Assembly (NCBI GenBank): GCA_900128395.1
Contig: LT649269.1
Coordinates: 1 to 50,325 of the forward strand
Reading direction: 5' to 3'
Origin: Stramenopiles sp. TOSAG23-2
Lineage: Eukaryota
DNA: 50,325 bases
Shown here: one piece after another, positions 21,934 to 31,410 of the stretch
Numbering within the stretch: position 1 is the first letter of the stretch
Layout of the letters: the number at the start of each line of letters is the position of its first letter
Program-made: the position numbers and the translations under genes
Notes under the pieces: model-generated
Database searches by the model: none
What the model was told of the DNA's origin: nothing
What the model saw: the letters and a program-made list of their open reading frames with translations, nothing else

Positions 21934-23397
21934 ATGAACCATGACAATATCCATAATAATAGTCGTAGTAGCAATACTTCGCCTGTGTTGTTGATTCCTG
22001 CGAATAAAACATTTACAAAATTAAATGGATTTGCAACTTTGTATGGTATTGAATATTCCTTTGTCATTGATGGTGTACTATTAGAAAGTAGAAATTCTGC
22101 AATAGCTGGTACGCAAGATGACGAGGATGATATTCTTATGATGAATACATCTGTAAAAAAGAATGGTTGGGAACATGCTAATTTTATAACAAATTCGACA
22201 ACGACGAATATCATTTTATCATTAGATTTTTTAAATACTTTAAAACGTAGTGCTGGTGATACAACGATTGATAATGATAACGATGAATATATACAAGGTT
22301 TTAAAAAAACAATTTTTCAAAGCTCAACGATTTATGATTGTAAAATTGATTTAAATGTATATTTACATCAAGTTGAATTAAAAAAGAACATGGATAATAA
22401 TAATAATAATAATACAAGTGGTCTATCGAAAATTAATTCCACAAATAATCAAATTTCATACCCGTCCGCGCCATTTTACAATCGCATCATTGAAGAATTA
22501 AATGCAGTTGGTTGGGAATATTTAATTGGCGTTCATGATTCAATGCAACGATTAGAATTACAAACATTAGATCATGCAGGGCGTAAACATACATTTGATG
22601 TTGTATTAAACAGTACCTTGCGTCATGATGGAACCATTGCATTAAAAACTATTTTACAAGTAAATATACCTTCGCTTTTAAAGAATAATAACGATGGGAG
22701 TATGATGAATGAACATGATAAATCAACATCAAATAAAACCGTGAATGGAAAAGTCATCATCGTTGGTAACGATAATTCAAGTCTTCGTGATTTAATTGAT
22801 AATATTGAAAAAGAATTGAATCGTTTTCAAACGTTTTGGGATGTAATGGATGATTTTGATGATAATTTATGGGTATTAGAGCCCCAGAATCCAAGTCGCA
22901 GTTCAAATATCAGGCGTATTGCAGTTCAAGAAAGTTGTTCGATGCATGTGAAAATAGATCCATCAAATCCAAAACGTATATGTGAATGTGATTTTATGGG
23001 AAAAGATTCTATTGTAGAACCTTTGAGAAAGCGATTACATACAAATATCGATCAATGGAATTACAAAGCGACACCACGTGAAAACTTACAAAATTTATTA
23101 AAGATGCAATTTCCCGATCCAAAAATTTCAGAAAATGTTGACTTTCGTGTTGAATGTGGTGTTTGTTATTCATATCGTAGAACGGCAGGTGGTGGTGATG
23201 GCAATGGGAATGATAACGATGTCGAGACAGCAAAGACGATTCATTTGCCAGATTTTATATGCAATGCATGTGGTCAAGCATTTCATCAATTATGTGTCAG
23301 CGAATGGTTGCAATCTGTACCATCAACACGAAGATCATTTAATATGTTATTTGGTTCATGTCCATATTGTAATGCAGCCGTTAGTGTAGGTGTTTAG
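21934..23397 (+). CDS. FANCL: E3 ubiquitin ligase FANCL
   Basis: FWDVMDDFD..WVLEPxNPSRS..RRIA; C-terminal RING CGVCY..C..CGQAFHxxC..EWL..SFNMLFGSCPYC. Confidence 0.92.
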   Translation: MNHDNIHNNSRSSNTSPVLLIPANKTFTKLNGFATLYGIEYSFVIDGVLLESRNSAIAGTQDDEDDILMMNTSVKKNGWEHANFITNSTTTNIILSLDFLNTLKRSAGDTTIDNDNDEYIQGFKKTIFQSSTIYDCKIDLNVYLHQVELKKNMDNNNNNNTSGLSKINSTNNQISYPSAPFYNRIIEELNAVGWEYLIGVHDSMQRLELQTLDHAGRKHTFDVVLNSTLRHDGTIALKTILQVNIPSLLKNNNDGSMMNEHDKSTSNKTVNGKVIIVGNDNSSLRDLIDNIEKELNRFQTFWDVMDDFDDNLWVLEPQNPSRSSNIRRIAVQESCSMHVKIDPSNPKRICECDFMGKDSIVEPLRKRLHTNIDQWNYKATPRENLQNLLKMQFPDPKISENVDFRVECGVCYSYRRTAGGGDGNGNDNDVETAKTIHLPDFICNACGQAFHQLCVSEWLQSVPSTRRSFNMLFGSCPYCNAAVSVGV

Positions 23398-23611
23398 GAT
23401 AAATGTACGCACGCAACATGTAAAAAAACATCTGTGTATATCGTGTAGAGTTCCCGTATATTCGTACGAAGCATGTTCTCATTTTTTTATAATATATATA
23501 CGAGTATAATACGAGTATATATATATATATATATTAAAATACTTCGTATGTTTTTTTTGTTTTACTTTTGTACGAGTCGTATTTTAATACGTATCAATAC
23601 CAAGTAAAATT

Positions 23612-24004
23612 TTATTTTTTGATATCAGACTCTTCTATTGCTTCAATATCAATGTCACCACTTAATAAATCTTTAAATACATCTTCTACTGCTTGTTTTG
23701 TTATATGTTGCATTACTTGAATAGTCAAATACTTCAAAAATTCTTCTTTTAATTGTTTTACATGTAAATCTTGGCTATTTTCCTCGGAAAATAAATCGTG
23801 TTTCAATTTTACCAACGTTTGTGAGACATCTTCAGGATTCTTATTATTTTCATTAAATACTAACGCAGCTAACTTTTTCAATTCAATTTTCTCTTCATTG
23901 GACAATTGTTTTTCTTTTTGTTTACAATTTTCATCTGTTTCTCTATTGACGATGGCTGCATTGAATTCATCAACACAACGATCTATTGATACTCCACCAC
24001 CCAT
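23612..24004 (-). CDS. Small hypothetical helical protein, possible N-myristoylation (MGGGVS)
   Basis: Coding-like ORF from ATG 24004 with an MGxxxS N-terminus. Confidence 0.55.
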   Translation of the reverse strand: MGGGVSIDRCVDEFNAAIVNRETDENCKQKEKQLSNEEKIELKKLAALVFNENNKNPEDVSQTLVKLKHDLFSEENSQDLHVKQLKEEFLKYLTIQVMQHITKQAVEDVFKDLLSGDIDIEAIEESDIKK

Positions 24005-24196
24005 GGTTGTTATATATATATATACAGATATACAATAAGTCTCTTTATCTATACTATTTATTTTGACATATATCATTTTTTGGTATATTAGTAATTGATA
24101 CTCCACCACCCATGGTTGTTATATATATATATACAGATATACAATAAGCCTTTTTATCTATACTATTTATTTTGACATATATCATTTTTTGGTATA
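23986..24196. repeat. Tandem duplication (about 110-bp period) spanning a start codon
   Basis: ttgatactccaccacccatggttg..ttttttggtata occurs twice. Confidence 0.9.
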
Positions 24197-24494
24197 GTAA
24201 TACTTATTATTTTTATTTTATACCATTTTTTTACTTTTATTTTCTTGTTGAAATTTGAATTAAAGCCTGGAAAGCACATATGATAGTATAAAAGATAATG
24301 CAAGCATATATATTATATGCATGCATGCCTGACGACATGTAGATAGCGACAAAATAATATAATTTATGACAACTAATTATAATACCTCCTTTAATATTTA
24401 CAACTCGTTACTGCCGTATCATAAATAATTTCGTATTGTTTAAAAATATATAACATATTATTAGAGATAGAAAAAAAAAAAAAAAGATATTTCA

Positions 24495-25556
24495 ATGAAT
24501 AAGATTGTTGAGGAATTATATTGGCCAATTGATGAATCTGAGAAAAATAAAACCTGTGTATTGCATATATCAAGACATTTTAATACCGCTAATAATACTA
24601 ATAATATCAACTACGCCAAAAAAAGCAAAAAGAGAAAGACTCAAACCATTTTCATTGTCATTCCAGGCAATCCAGGTGCGCCACATTTTTACCAGCGCTT
24701 AATATGTGAATTATTAGATATGACAACAGATTCTGAGATTTTGGAAGCATACTGTTTAGGTCATACAGGCCATACAGCGACAGATAATGTCTTTACAAGT
24801 TTTTCATTCATAGAGCAAACAGAACATAAAATCTTTTTATTGAGGAAACAGATTTTTCCTAAATTGTTTGATAATTATTATAATAAAAACAATAACACAA
24901 AAATCGTTTTATGTGGCCATTCTATCGGAGGATGGATATGCATTGATATAATGAGACAATTGCATGAGATGGAGAACGAATTTATTAAAGCATCTTTGTG
25001 TTTATTTCCAACTGTAATGCATATTGGTGCATCACCAAATGGACAAAAATTAGGACCATTGATTGGTAACAAATGGATTCGTGAAAGTTCTGCTATTGTG
25101 TTGAATTGCTTAAGAAATACTTGTTTTCAAAAATGTTTAATTAATTTTGTACATTACATGCAGCAAAACGACGATAAAATGTCCATGGATTATGAAGATG
25201 CAAGTATTGTTGTAAAACAGCTTTTTCATCCTTATGTAGTACGAAATGCCATGTATATGGGAGATACTGAAATGAGATTAATGAAAGGTTTAGATGCTAA
25301 AACAATAGAAAAACATGTGAAGAAAATCTTTTTTTATTATGGCCCAAAAGATGGATGGACACAACCTATTTCAAAACATTTACAATCTGTACGTAAAGCT
25401 GTAGTAAATAGTAAATATAATGATGATGTTGATGTAAATCAAATGGTACGTGTTGATACTCATGAATTACCACATGCATGTGCTTTAGGACCGACAGTCA
25501 AATTATTAGCAAGTGTCATAGTGGATGATTATATTCGCGATCTTTTCCTTGCATGA
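24495..25556 (+). CDS. LDAH: Lipid droplet-associated hydrolase (alpha/beta hydrolase)
   Basis: IPGNPGxxxFY, GHxGH, GHSIG nucleophile elbow, LFPT, SPNG, DGW, PHA. Confidence 0.85.
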   Translation: MNKIVEELYWPIDESEKNKTCVLHISRHFNTANNTNNINYAKKSKKRKTQTIFIVIPGNPGAPHFYQRLICELLDMTTDSEILEAYCLGHTGHTATDNVFTSFSFIEQTEHKIFLLRKQIFPKLFDNYYNKNNNTKIVLCGHSIGGWICIDIMRQLHEMENEFIKASLCLFPTVMHIGASPNGQKLGPLIGNKWIRESSAIVLNCLRNTCFQKCLINFVHYMQQNDDKMSMDYEDASIVVKQLFHPYVVRNAMYMGDTEMRLMKGLDAKTIEKHVKKIFFYYGPKDGWTQPISKHLQSVRKAVVNSKYNDDVDVNQMVRVDTHELPHACALGPTVKLLASVIVDDYIRDLFLA

Positions 25557-25759
25557 TACTTCGTAATAATGTACGCACGTACGCGGTATTTCTTAAAAAA
25601 TTATGTGTATAAAAAATATTATTTAAAAATATATAATGCATAATATTTGATTTTTTAATTTTAAATACTCAAGAGGGATGGATAATTCCTATGATATGTA
25701 CTTTTCAAAAGAATACAATAACTGAGGCAGTAATAAAAATATTATACGAGATATCATAT

Positions 25760-25895
25760 GCGCTCTTGTAGAGTATTACTCGTAGTTTGCAGAGGTGCAT
25801 TAGAGCCTTTACTATATATAATGTAGGATGGAATATTATTCTTGAGATTGAGTATTGGCACATATTACTTAGCATGGGAAGTAAAATATTATTAA
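25760..25895 (-). repeat. Dispersed intergenic repeat, longest copy
   Basis: Shares cttgtagagtatt..agtttgcaga.gtgcatt with 12121-12152 and attcttgagattgagtattg..cttagcatgggaagtaaaat with copies at 338, 12391 and 46498. Confidence 0.75.
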
Positions 25896-26140
25896 TATCA
25901 TAACTCTCTTTTAAATTTATTAAAACCATCTCTCATATATTTTCATTATGCATATGCATATGAGATATGTATCATAACATGATGGAGTGCAAAAAATTGC
26001 TATACGAAGCGCGCTTCGTACATGTATTTTTTATTTTTAAATAATTTTTCATATATGCATTATATTCAAAATAATGCAGTGGATGTGAGGTGTGTACTCT
26101 CTTCTCCCAGCATCAAGCACAAAGAGGGCGCTATTATTAT

Positions 26141-28030
26141 TTATTTACTGTTTTGTATAATTCTTCCAGGTCTCCTTTGCCTAGTTCCACTTCTTTCCAT
26201 TGTATAAGTATTAGATGGTCTTATAGGCACACGATAACCTTCGGGACTTCCATCATTTTTTTTATAGACAGCTCTTCCATACGCACTTTGTTGTCGAGTT
26301 TCAGTACCAATATCGTTAACTTTTTTGTTATGTTCGTCTTTTTTATCATTACTATTAGTTGTATTCTTTGTATTATTCAATGCAACCAAATCATCATCAA
26401 ACTCAGAACCAAACGAAACATCATCATCAAAATTATCTGAATAATTATCCTCATCATTATCATCATCATTATTGTTATTTTTAGTTTCATTGGCTTCTTT
26501 ATTTTTCATATTGTTGTTGTTATTTATCACAGTATTGTCTTTATCTGTTGTGTCAATTGCATTTACATTTTCTATGCTACTTAATAAATCATCAAATTCA
26601 GATTCAAAATCATCAGCATATGATTGAGATTCATCATTTAGGTCAAGCTCGCTGCCTTTACTCACTATGCTATCATTAAATGCTAAAATATCGTTTACAA
26701 CATTCATATTGTTATTATTATCGTCATGGTTTGTAGTAATAAATGTATTATCATTAGTAGTATATGTACCTGTTGTTGGTATGGAAGATGTTTTATTCTT
26801 TCGTAGTTCCTTGGTCTTTTGATACATATTTTTATTTGGAATAATAGGTGAAGAAGGTGGTTGTTGCTGTTGTTGTTTAACATGTCGTGTTTCTTGTAGT
26901 TTTAATCGTGGCGGTGTGGGTGTACTACTTGATATATTACTATTAGATTTTACTGCTGGTGAAGGTATGATGGTTGTTGTTGTATTTGATGATAAAATAC
27001 TGGAGGAGACAGCTTTATCTTCATATCTTTTTCTTTGTTCCATTTGGCTGTAGTGTCTTGTTGTATTTAATTGTTGAGTGCGTTTTGCCGCTTTTAATAT
27101 TTTTTTTGCATTGTGGGACATTTTATTCGCTAATAGTTTACTAGATGGACCTTTTCTAAATTTTGCGGATGAATGAAGTGACACTGCATATGCTCTTTTA
27201 TTTTGATCATCTATTTGAGAAAATCCCATTTCTCCTATACGGCGTAAAGATGGTCGTAATTGTGTTATAAAAAGTTCACTAGCTAATCTATCTCGCGCAA
27301 TTGCTGCTACGATTTTATCGACTCGTTGTCGAGATTTTCTACCACGTACAATAGCCTGGATCATTCTTGCAGCCTCTATTTTACGTTTTAATAATTCTTT
27401 CATGTTTTGTAGTTTAATACGCATATAATTTTGTATTACCATTGCTGCTCTTTCCTCTTGGGCTACTCTAATTTCTTCTAATGCATGGCTGTCATCAAAT
27501 ATGACGTCCAATGCTGCTGTATGTTTTCTATGTTTATCTATATTTTGCATGTATTTTTTTCGTTTCGATACTCCCCTGAATATTGTTTGCACAACTATTG
27601 CTGCTCGTTGTGCTTTTATTTCATGAACTAGTCTTTTAGCTAAGTGCCCACGATATGTTTTTTGTATAATTACAATACTTTTTTTCACACGTCGCCTTCT
27701 TTTGCGTTTTTTACTAGCTTGAACAGCAGCAACTTTCTTCTCTAACTCTTTCACCTCTTTAATTTCTTTTTTTAATTTAAGCATATCTTTTTCTGCTTTG
27801 GCTATTTGCTTTCTACGATTTCTAATTTCTAAAATTTTTAAACGTTTCGCTTTAGACATACTTGTATCAGAATATATTCTACCAACTAAAAATTTTGTAA
27901 ATGCTGGTGCACGATGGACTTTTGATTTACTTTGTATATTTTTAATATCATTTCTACGATTACGATTTTGCTGTTTCGCAGCAGCCAATGCAACTCGTGC
28001 TTGGTCTATTTTAGGAAATGGTATGCTCAT
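26141..28030 (-). CDS. IQ-motif (calmodulin-binding) basic protein
   Basis: IQKTYRGHLAK, VQTIFRGVSKR, IQNYMR, IQAIVRGRKSR; low-complexity C-terminus. Confidence 0.7.
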   Translation of the reverse strand: MSIPFPKIDQARVALAAAKQQNRNRRNDIKNIQSKSKVHRAPAFTKFLVGRIYSDTSMSKAKRLKILEIRNRRKQIAKAEKDMLKLKKEIKEVKELEKKVAAVQASKKRKRRRRVKKSIVIIQKTYRGHLAKRLVHEIKAQRAAIVVQTIFRGVSKRKKYMQNIDKHRKHTAALDVIFDDSHALEEIRVAQEERAAMVIQNYMRIKLQNMKELLKRKIEAARMIQAIVRGRKSRQRVDKIVAAIARDRLASELFITQLRPSLRRIGEMGFSQIDDQNKRAYAVSLHSSAKFRKGPSSKLLANKMSHNAKKILKAAKRTQQLNTTRHYSQMEQRKRYEDKAVSSSILSSNTTTTIIPSPAVKSNSNISSSTPTPPRLKLQETRHVKQQQQQPPSSPIIPNKNMYQKTKELRKNKTSSIPTTGTYTTNDNTFITTNHDDNNNNMNVVNDILAFNDSIVSKGSELDLNDESQSYADDFESEFDDLLSSIENVNAIDTTDKDNTVINNNNNMKNKEANETKNNNNDDDNDEDNYSDNFDDDVSFGSEFDDDLVALNNTKNTTNSNDKKDEHNKKVNDIGTETRQQSAYGRAVYKKNDGSPEGYRVPIRPSNTYTMERSGTRQRRPGRIIQNSK

Positions 28031-28624
28031 AAATTTTATTTTTATGATCGATTGCGTTGTGTTACTATGTTGCTTTGTATAATATATATACAGTATATGT
28101 CATTTGTATAATAAAGTCTTTTATAATGTGATTTAATTAAATATTTAGTAGTACTGGAGTACATATATAATAATACTACTAATAATAATATATATCAACT
28201 ATAATAACAACTATTATAATAAAAGGCACCAAAACCGAAAAGACTGTGGCAACCTGGCAATGTGGTGTGGTGAAGTAACGCTTTTCCTTTTTTGGCACTC
28301 TAACTCATCATCCACACCTACAAAATGTAAATAATAACGTTACCAGGTGCTCTATATCGTATTACCGCATCGAGTATTCATTTTTGATAAAATTATATAT
28401 TATATATAAATGATAATACTCGATCCATCTAATGAAAAATAAGAAAAACTCCACCCCCTCAACAACAAACAAGGATAATAAATAAAATCTTTTTTATTTA
28501 AATAATTTAAATATACACTATACTATATATTGTGATATTTCCACAAGGAAAGAACATACATACACAAACATATATATTTGTATAAATTGTGAAGTAATAG
28601 CAACGTTAATTTTAAAGATAAAAG

Positions 28625-29083
28625 ATGCAAGAGAATACACATTTTGCGGTATTTGGTGCTGGGTGATTTTGGAAACCCCAATTACGTTTTGATAAAGTAA
28701 ATGGGGTTGTTGATACTAGAGTTGGTTATACTGGTGGACAAAGTAATAATAAACCTAGTTATAAATCTGTATGTAGAGGGGATGGGCATACTGAAGCCAT
28801 TTTAATTGAATATGATCCAACCAAGGTAACATATAGGAAATTATTGTCTATATTTTTTGATATGCATGATCCATTAAAAGAGCAAAAAACACAATACTCT
28901 TCATCTATTTTTGTATGCGATGAAGAACAATTAGAAATAGCAGAAAAAGAAGTTTATAAGTTAGGTCCACAATGTACTACGTTTGTCGAGCCTTTGACAT
29001 CCTGGACGGATGCTGAGAAAAAGCATCAAAAATATTATGAAAAGAAAAAGAAGAAGAAATCTATGTTTAAACGTAAATTTTAA
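28625..29083 (+). CDS. msrA: Selenoprotein methionine-S-sulfoxide reductase A (152 aa, Sec at TGA 28664-28666)
   Basis: ATG 28625 reads MQENTHFAVFGAG-TGA-FWKPQLRFDKVNGVVDTRVGYTGG..PSYKSVCRGDGHTEAILIEYDP..HDP..QYSS..AEKKHQKYY. It is in frame with the listed 28844 ORF, and the TGA sits at the catalytic Cys position of GCFW. Confidence 0.9.
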
Positions 29084-29547
29084 ACATATGCTTGGCTATT
29101 TAGTTGGAGAAAAATGAATTTTATTCAAATGAAAGCTAAAAATCGTTTTCACCACATCAACGCACATGACATGTTTTTTATTTTTTTTTGTAAATATTTC
29201 CATATATAATATAATATGATGATTTTATGAAAAAACATGTAATGTGGATATTGTAAATTATTAATAAACAAGACATCATATACCACGCATCACATTAACA
29301 ATGATAAACAATTATTGGAAAAACAAACATCAATAATAAATATATAAAAATTCTCCATCCATTGTATAGACGGAAGAGATGGGTATTAAAAAAAACCAAT
29401 AATTGTTTTGAGATCAAACACAACACAACAAATATAATTATTAAAAAAATAAAATGTGAAGAAGCGCGTAGGGGTGATGTAACCGGGGATTATAAAATTA
29501 TTCCTAAAATATATTTGTAACTTGTTACATACAACAATACTCGTAGA

Positions 29548-31269
29548 ATGAAAGTTTCATATTTCCTACCCCCTACCCCCGCCGACTACGCGACCCCGAG
29601 AATTGATAATAATAGCAATGAAGAAGAAGAACATGTTGAAGAAATTGAAGAGCGTCCAGCTAATTTACCAGGTTCTCCACATCCATCATCTCGTTTACGA
29701 TCAAACATGGAATATGATATAAGTGCCAATCGCAATACAACATTGTCTCCAACTCAAACATTAATGGTTGATTTAAATGGTAAAACATTACTTAATTCAC
29801 CTTCTTCATCATTATTGTCACCATCTATTACATCTCCGTCCAATGAGGATGATGATACGGTTGTTAATAAAAGTAAGAAAAAATATAATAAGAAAAAAAA
29901 AAAGAAGAAAAAGAAGAAACCTAATAAGAAAGGTAATAATGATGATAATAGTAACAATAATGAGGAGCAAGAAGTAAATGACGATGTATCTTCAACTACC
30001 AATACTGCTAATAATAATAAGAAGAAGAATAAAAATAATAAAAATAATACTGAAACAAGTAACAAAACTGTTGATGCGTTACAATCTAGTGTTGATAAAT
30101 TAGATGTTAATACAGATGAGAAAAAAGATAGTAACCAGAAGAAGAAGAAGAAGAAGAAACCAGGAAGGAAAAAGAAACAACAGCGACAGCAAAAGATACA
30201 GAAAGAAGAGGAGAAAATTCAAAGTGAAAAAACGATGGACGATGCTGCTGCTAACAATGCATCAGTATTATTAGCAGAGGAAGAGGAGGGTGGTTCTGAT
30301 GTGAAATCTAAAAGTAAAAAAGCAAAATCAAAAGCAGCTGCTAAAAGAAGAGCTAGACAACGAAAAAGAGCTAGGCAGAAAAAACAACAGCAGCAGAAAA
30401 ACATGGAAGCGGAAGAAAAGGAAGGGACAAAGGGGTCAAAAACAGATGTAAATGAGGAAGAAGAAGCATCAGTAGAGCCTGAAGAGCCAGTCGTTAAAAA
30501 CGTGCGTTTTAAAGAAGTCATTGTACGCGAATTTGAACGTGAAATTGGTGGTGGTGGTGGTGTCCCTGGACAAGGATCATGGTCCCTTGGATTAGGTACA
30601 TTGAAAAGTGAATATATAATTGGTACTGTTGATGAATTTGAAGCAAGGCGTGCAAAAGAACTTGAAGATCGTACAAATGAATTATCGGATCCACATTTAC
30701 GAAAAATTTGTAATGGAGAGACTAGACAATTTAGCCATCGATCTGGCGCATCCAATCCTTTAATGGGTCGTCGTAGTGAAAAAGAACGGAAAGTAATATT
30801 AAAGGAAAACATATTAGGCACAGATGATGAAAGTATTCTTGTTGATGAAGATGTTTTTAATGAAAAAATAGCGGAAGATAAAAAGGAAGTATATGCATTA
30901 AGAAAAAGTAGACAACATGCAAACCAAGGTTGTGATTGTAGTTTGAGTAATGCGAAAAAAATTCCAACAAAAAAATTAAAAGAATTATTAAGATTCCATG
31001 GTATCGCATTTGATGAAGAGAAAGATAAAAAGAAATCTGTTTTGCAAAAGTTATATATTGAAGAAGTCTTACGAAAAATTGGTTCTTGTTGTGATAGAAA
31101 TTGCCAATGTTTTGTCCTCGGTGTGCCATGTCATGACGTGACATGTTTATCATTAACTGCTAGAAGAGCAAAAGATAAAATTAAATGTGCGAATCCAAAT
31201 GGTTGGTATAAATATGATCCGGATCTTGTAGAAAAACATCGAATGATTTATTGTGGTAGAGCAATATAG
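29548..31269 (+). CDS. CSRNP-like cysteine/serine-rich nuclear protein
   Basis: KNVRFKEVIV..VPGQGSWSLG; LRKSR..GCDC; C..CQC...GVPCH..C..CANPNG..YDP..VEKH; Lys-rich NLS tracts. Confidence 0.65.
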   Translation: MKVSYFLPPTPADYATPRIDNNSNEEEEHVEEIEERPANLPGSPHPSSRLRSNMEYDISANRNTTLSPTQTLMVDLNGKTLLNSPSSSLLSPSITSPSNEDDDTVVNKSKKKYNKKKKKKKKKKPNKKGNNDDNSNNNEEQEVNDDVSSTTNTANNNKKKNKNNKNNTETSNKTVDALQSSVDKLDVNTDEKKDSNQKKKKKKKPGRKKKQQRQQKIQKEEEKIQSEKTMDDAAANNASVLLAEEEEGGSDVKSKSKKAKSKAAAKRRARQRKRARQKKQQQQKNMEAEEKEGTKGSKTDVNEEEEASVEPEEPVVKNVRFKEVIVREFEREIGGGGGVPGQGSWSLGLGTLKSEYIIGTVDEFEARRAKELEDRTNELSDPHLRKICNGETRQFSHRSGASNPLMGRRSEKERKVILKENILGTDDESILVDEDVFNEKIAEDKKEVYALRKSRQHANQGCDCSLSNAKKIPTKKLKELLRFHGIAFDEEKDKKKSVLQKLYIEEVLRKIGSCCDRNCQCFVLGVPCHDVTCLSLTARRAKDKIKCANPNGWYKYDPDLVEKHRMIYCGRAI

Positions 31270-31410
31270 GTGTGGGAGAAAAACGTGGTGTGCGTTGGGA
31301 GTGTGGAGAGAGAGCGATTGGTGTGTGAATAATTTTTTTATCTTTGTTGTATATAATATTAAAAATATGATTTTTAGAAAACAAAAATACAAAAATACCC
31401 CAGAAGGAAC

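Noticed and set aside
28244-28272. X-box-like tggcaa motifs upstream of ciliary genes (also about 2901 and 7013)
   Set aside because: Only half-sites, too short to be significant, and RFX regulation is not established for stramenopiles.
28662-28670. GT-initiated intron or genome-wide UGA reassignment explaining the msrA TGA
   Set aside because: The frame continues directly into the conserved FW, and TGA appears to serve as the normal stop of other genes here (9984, 25556).
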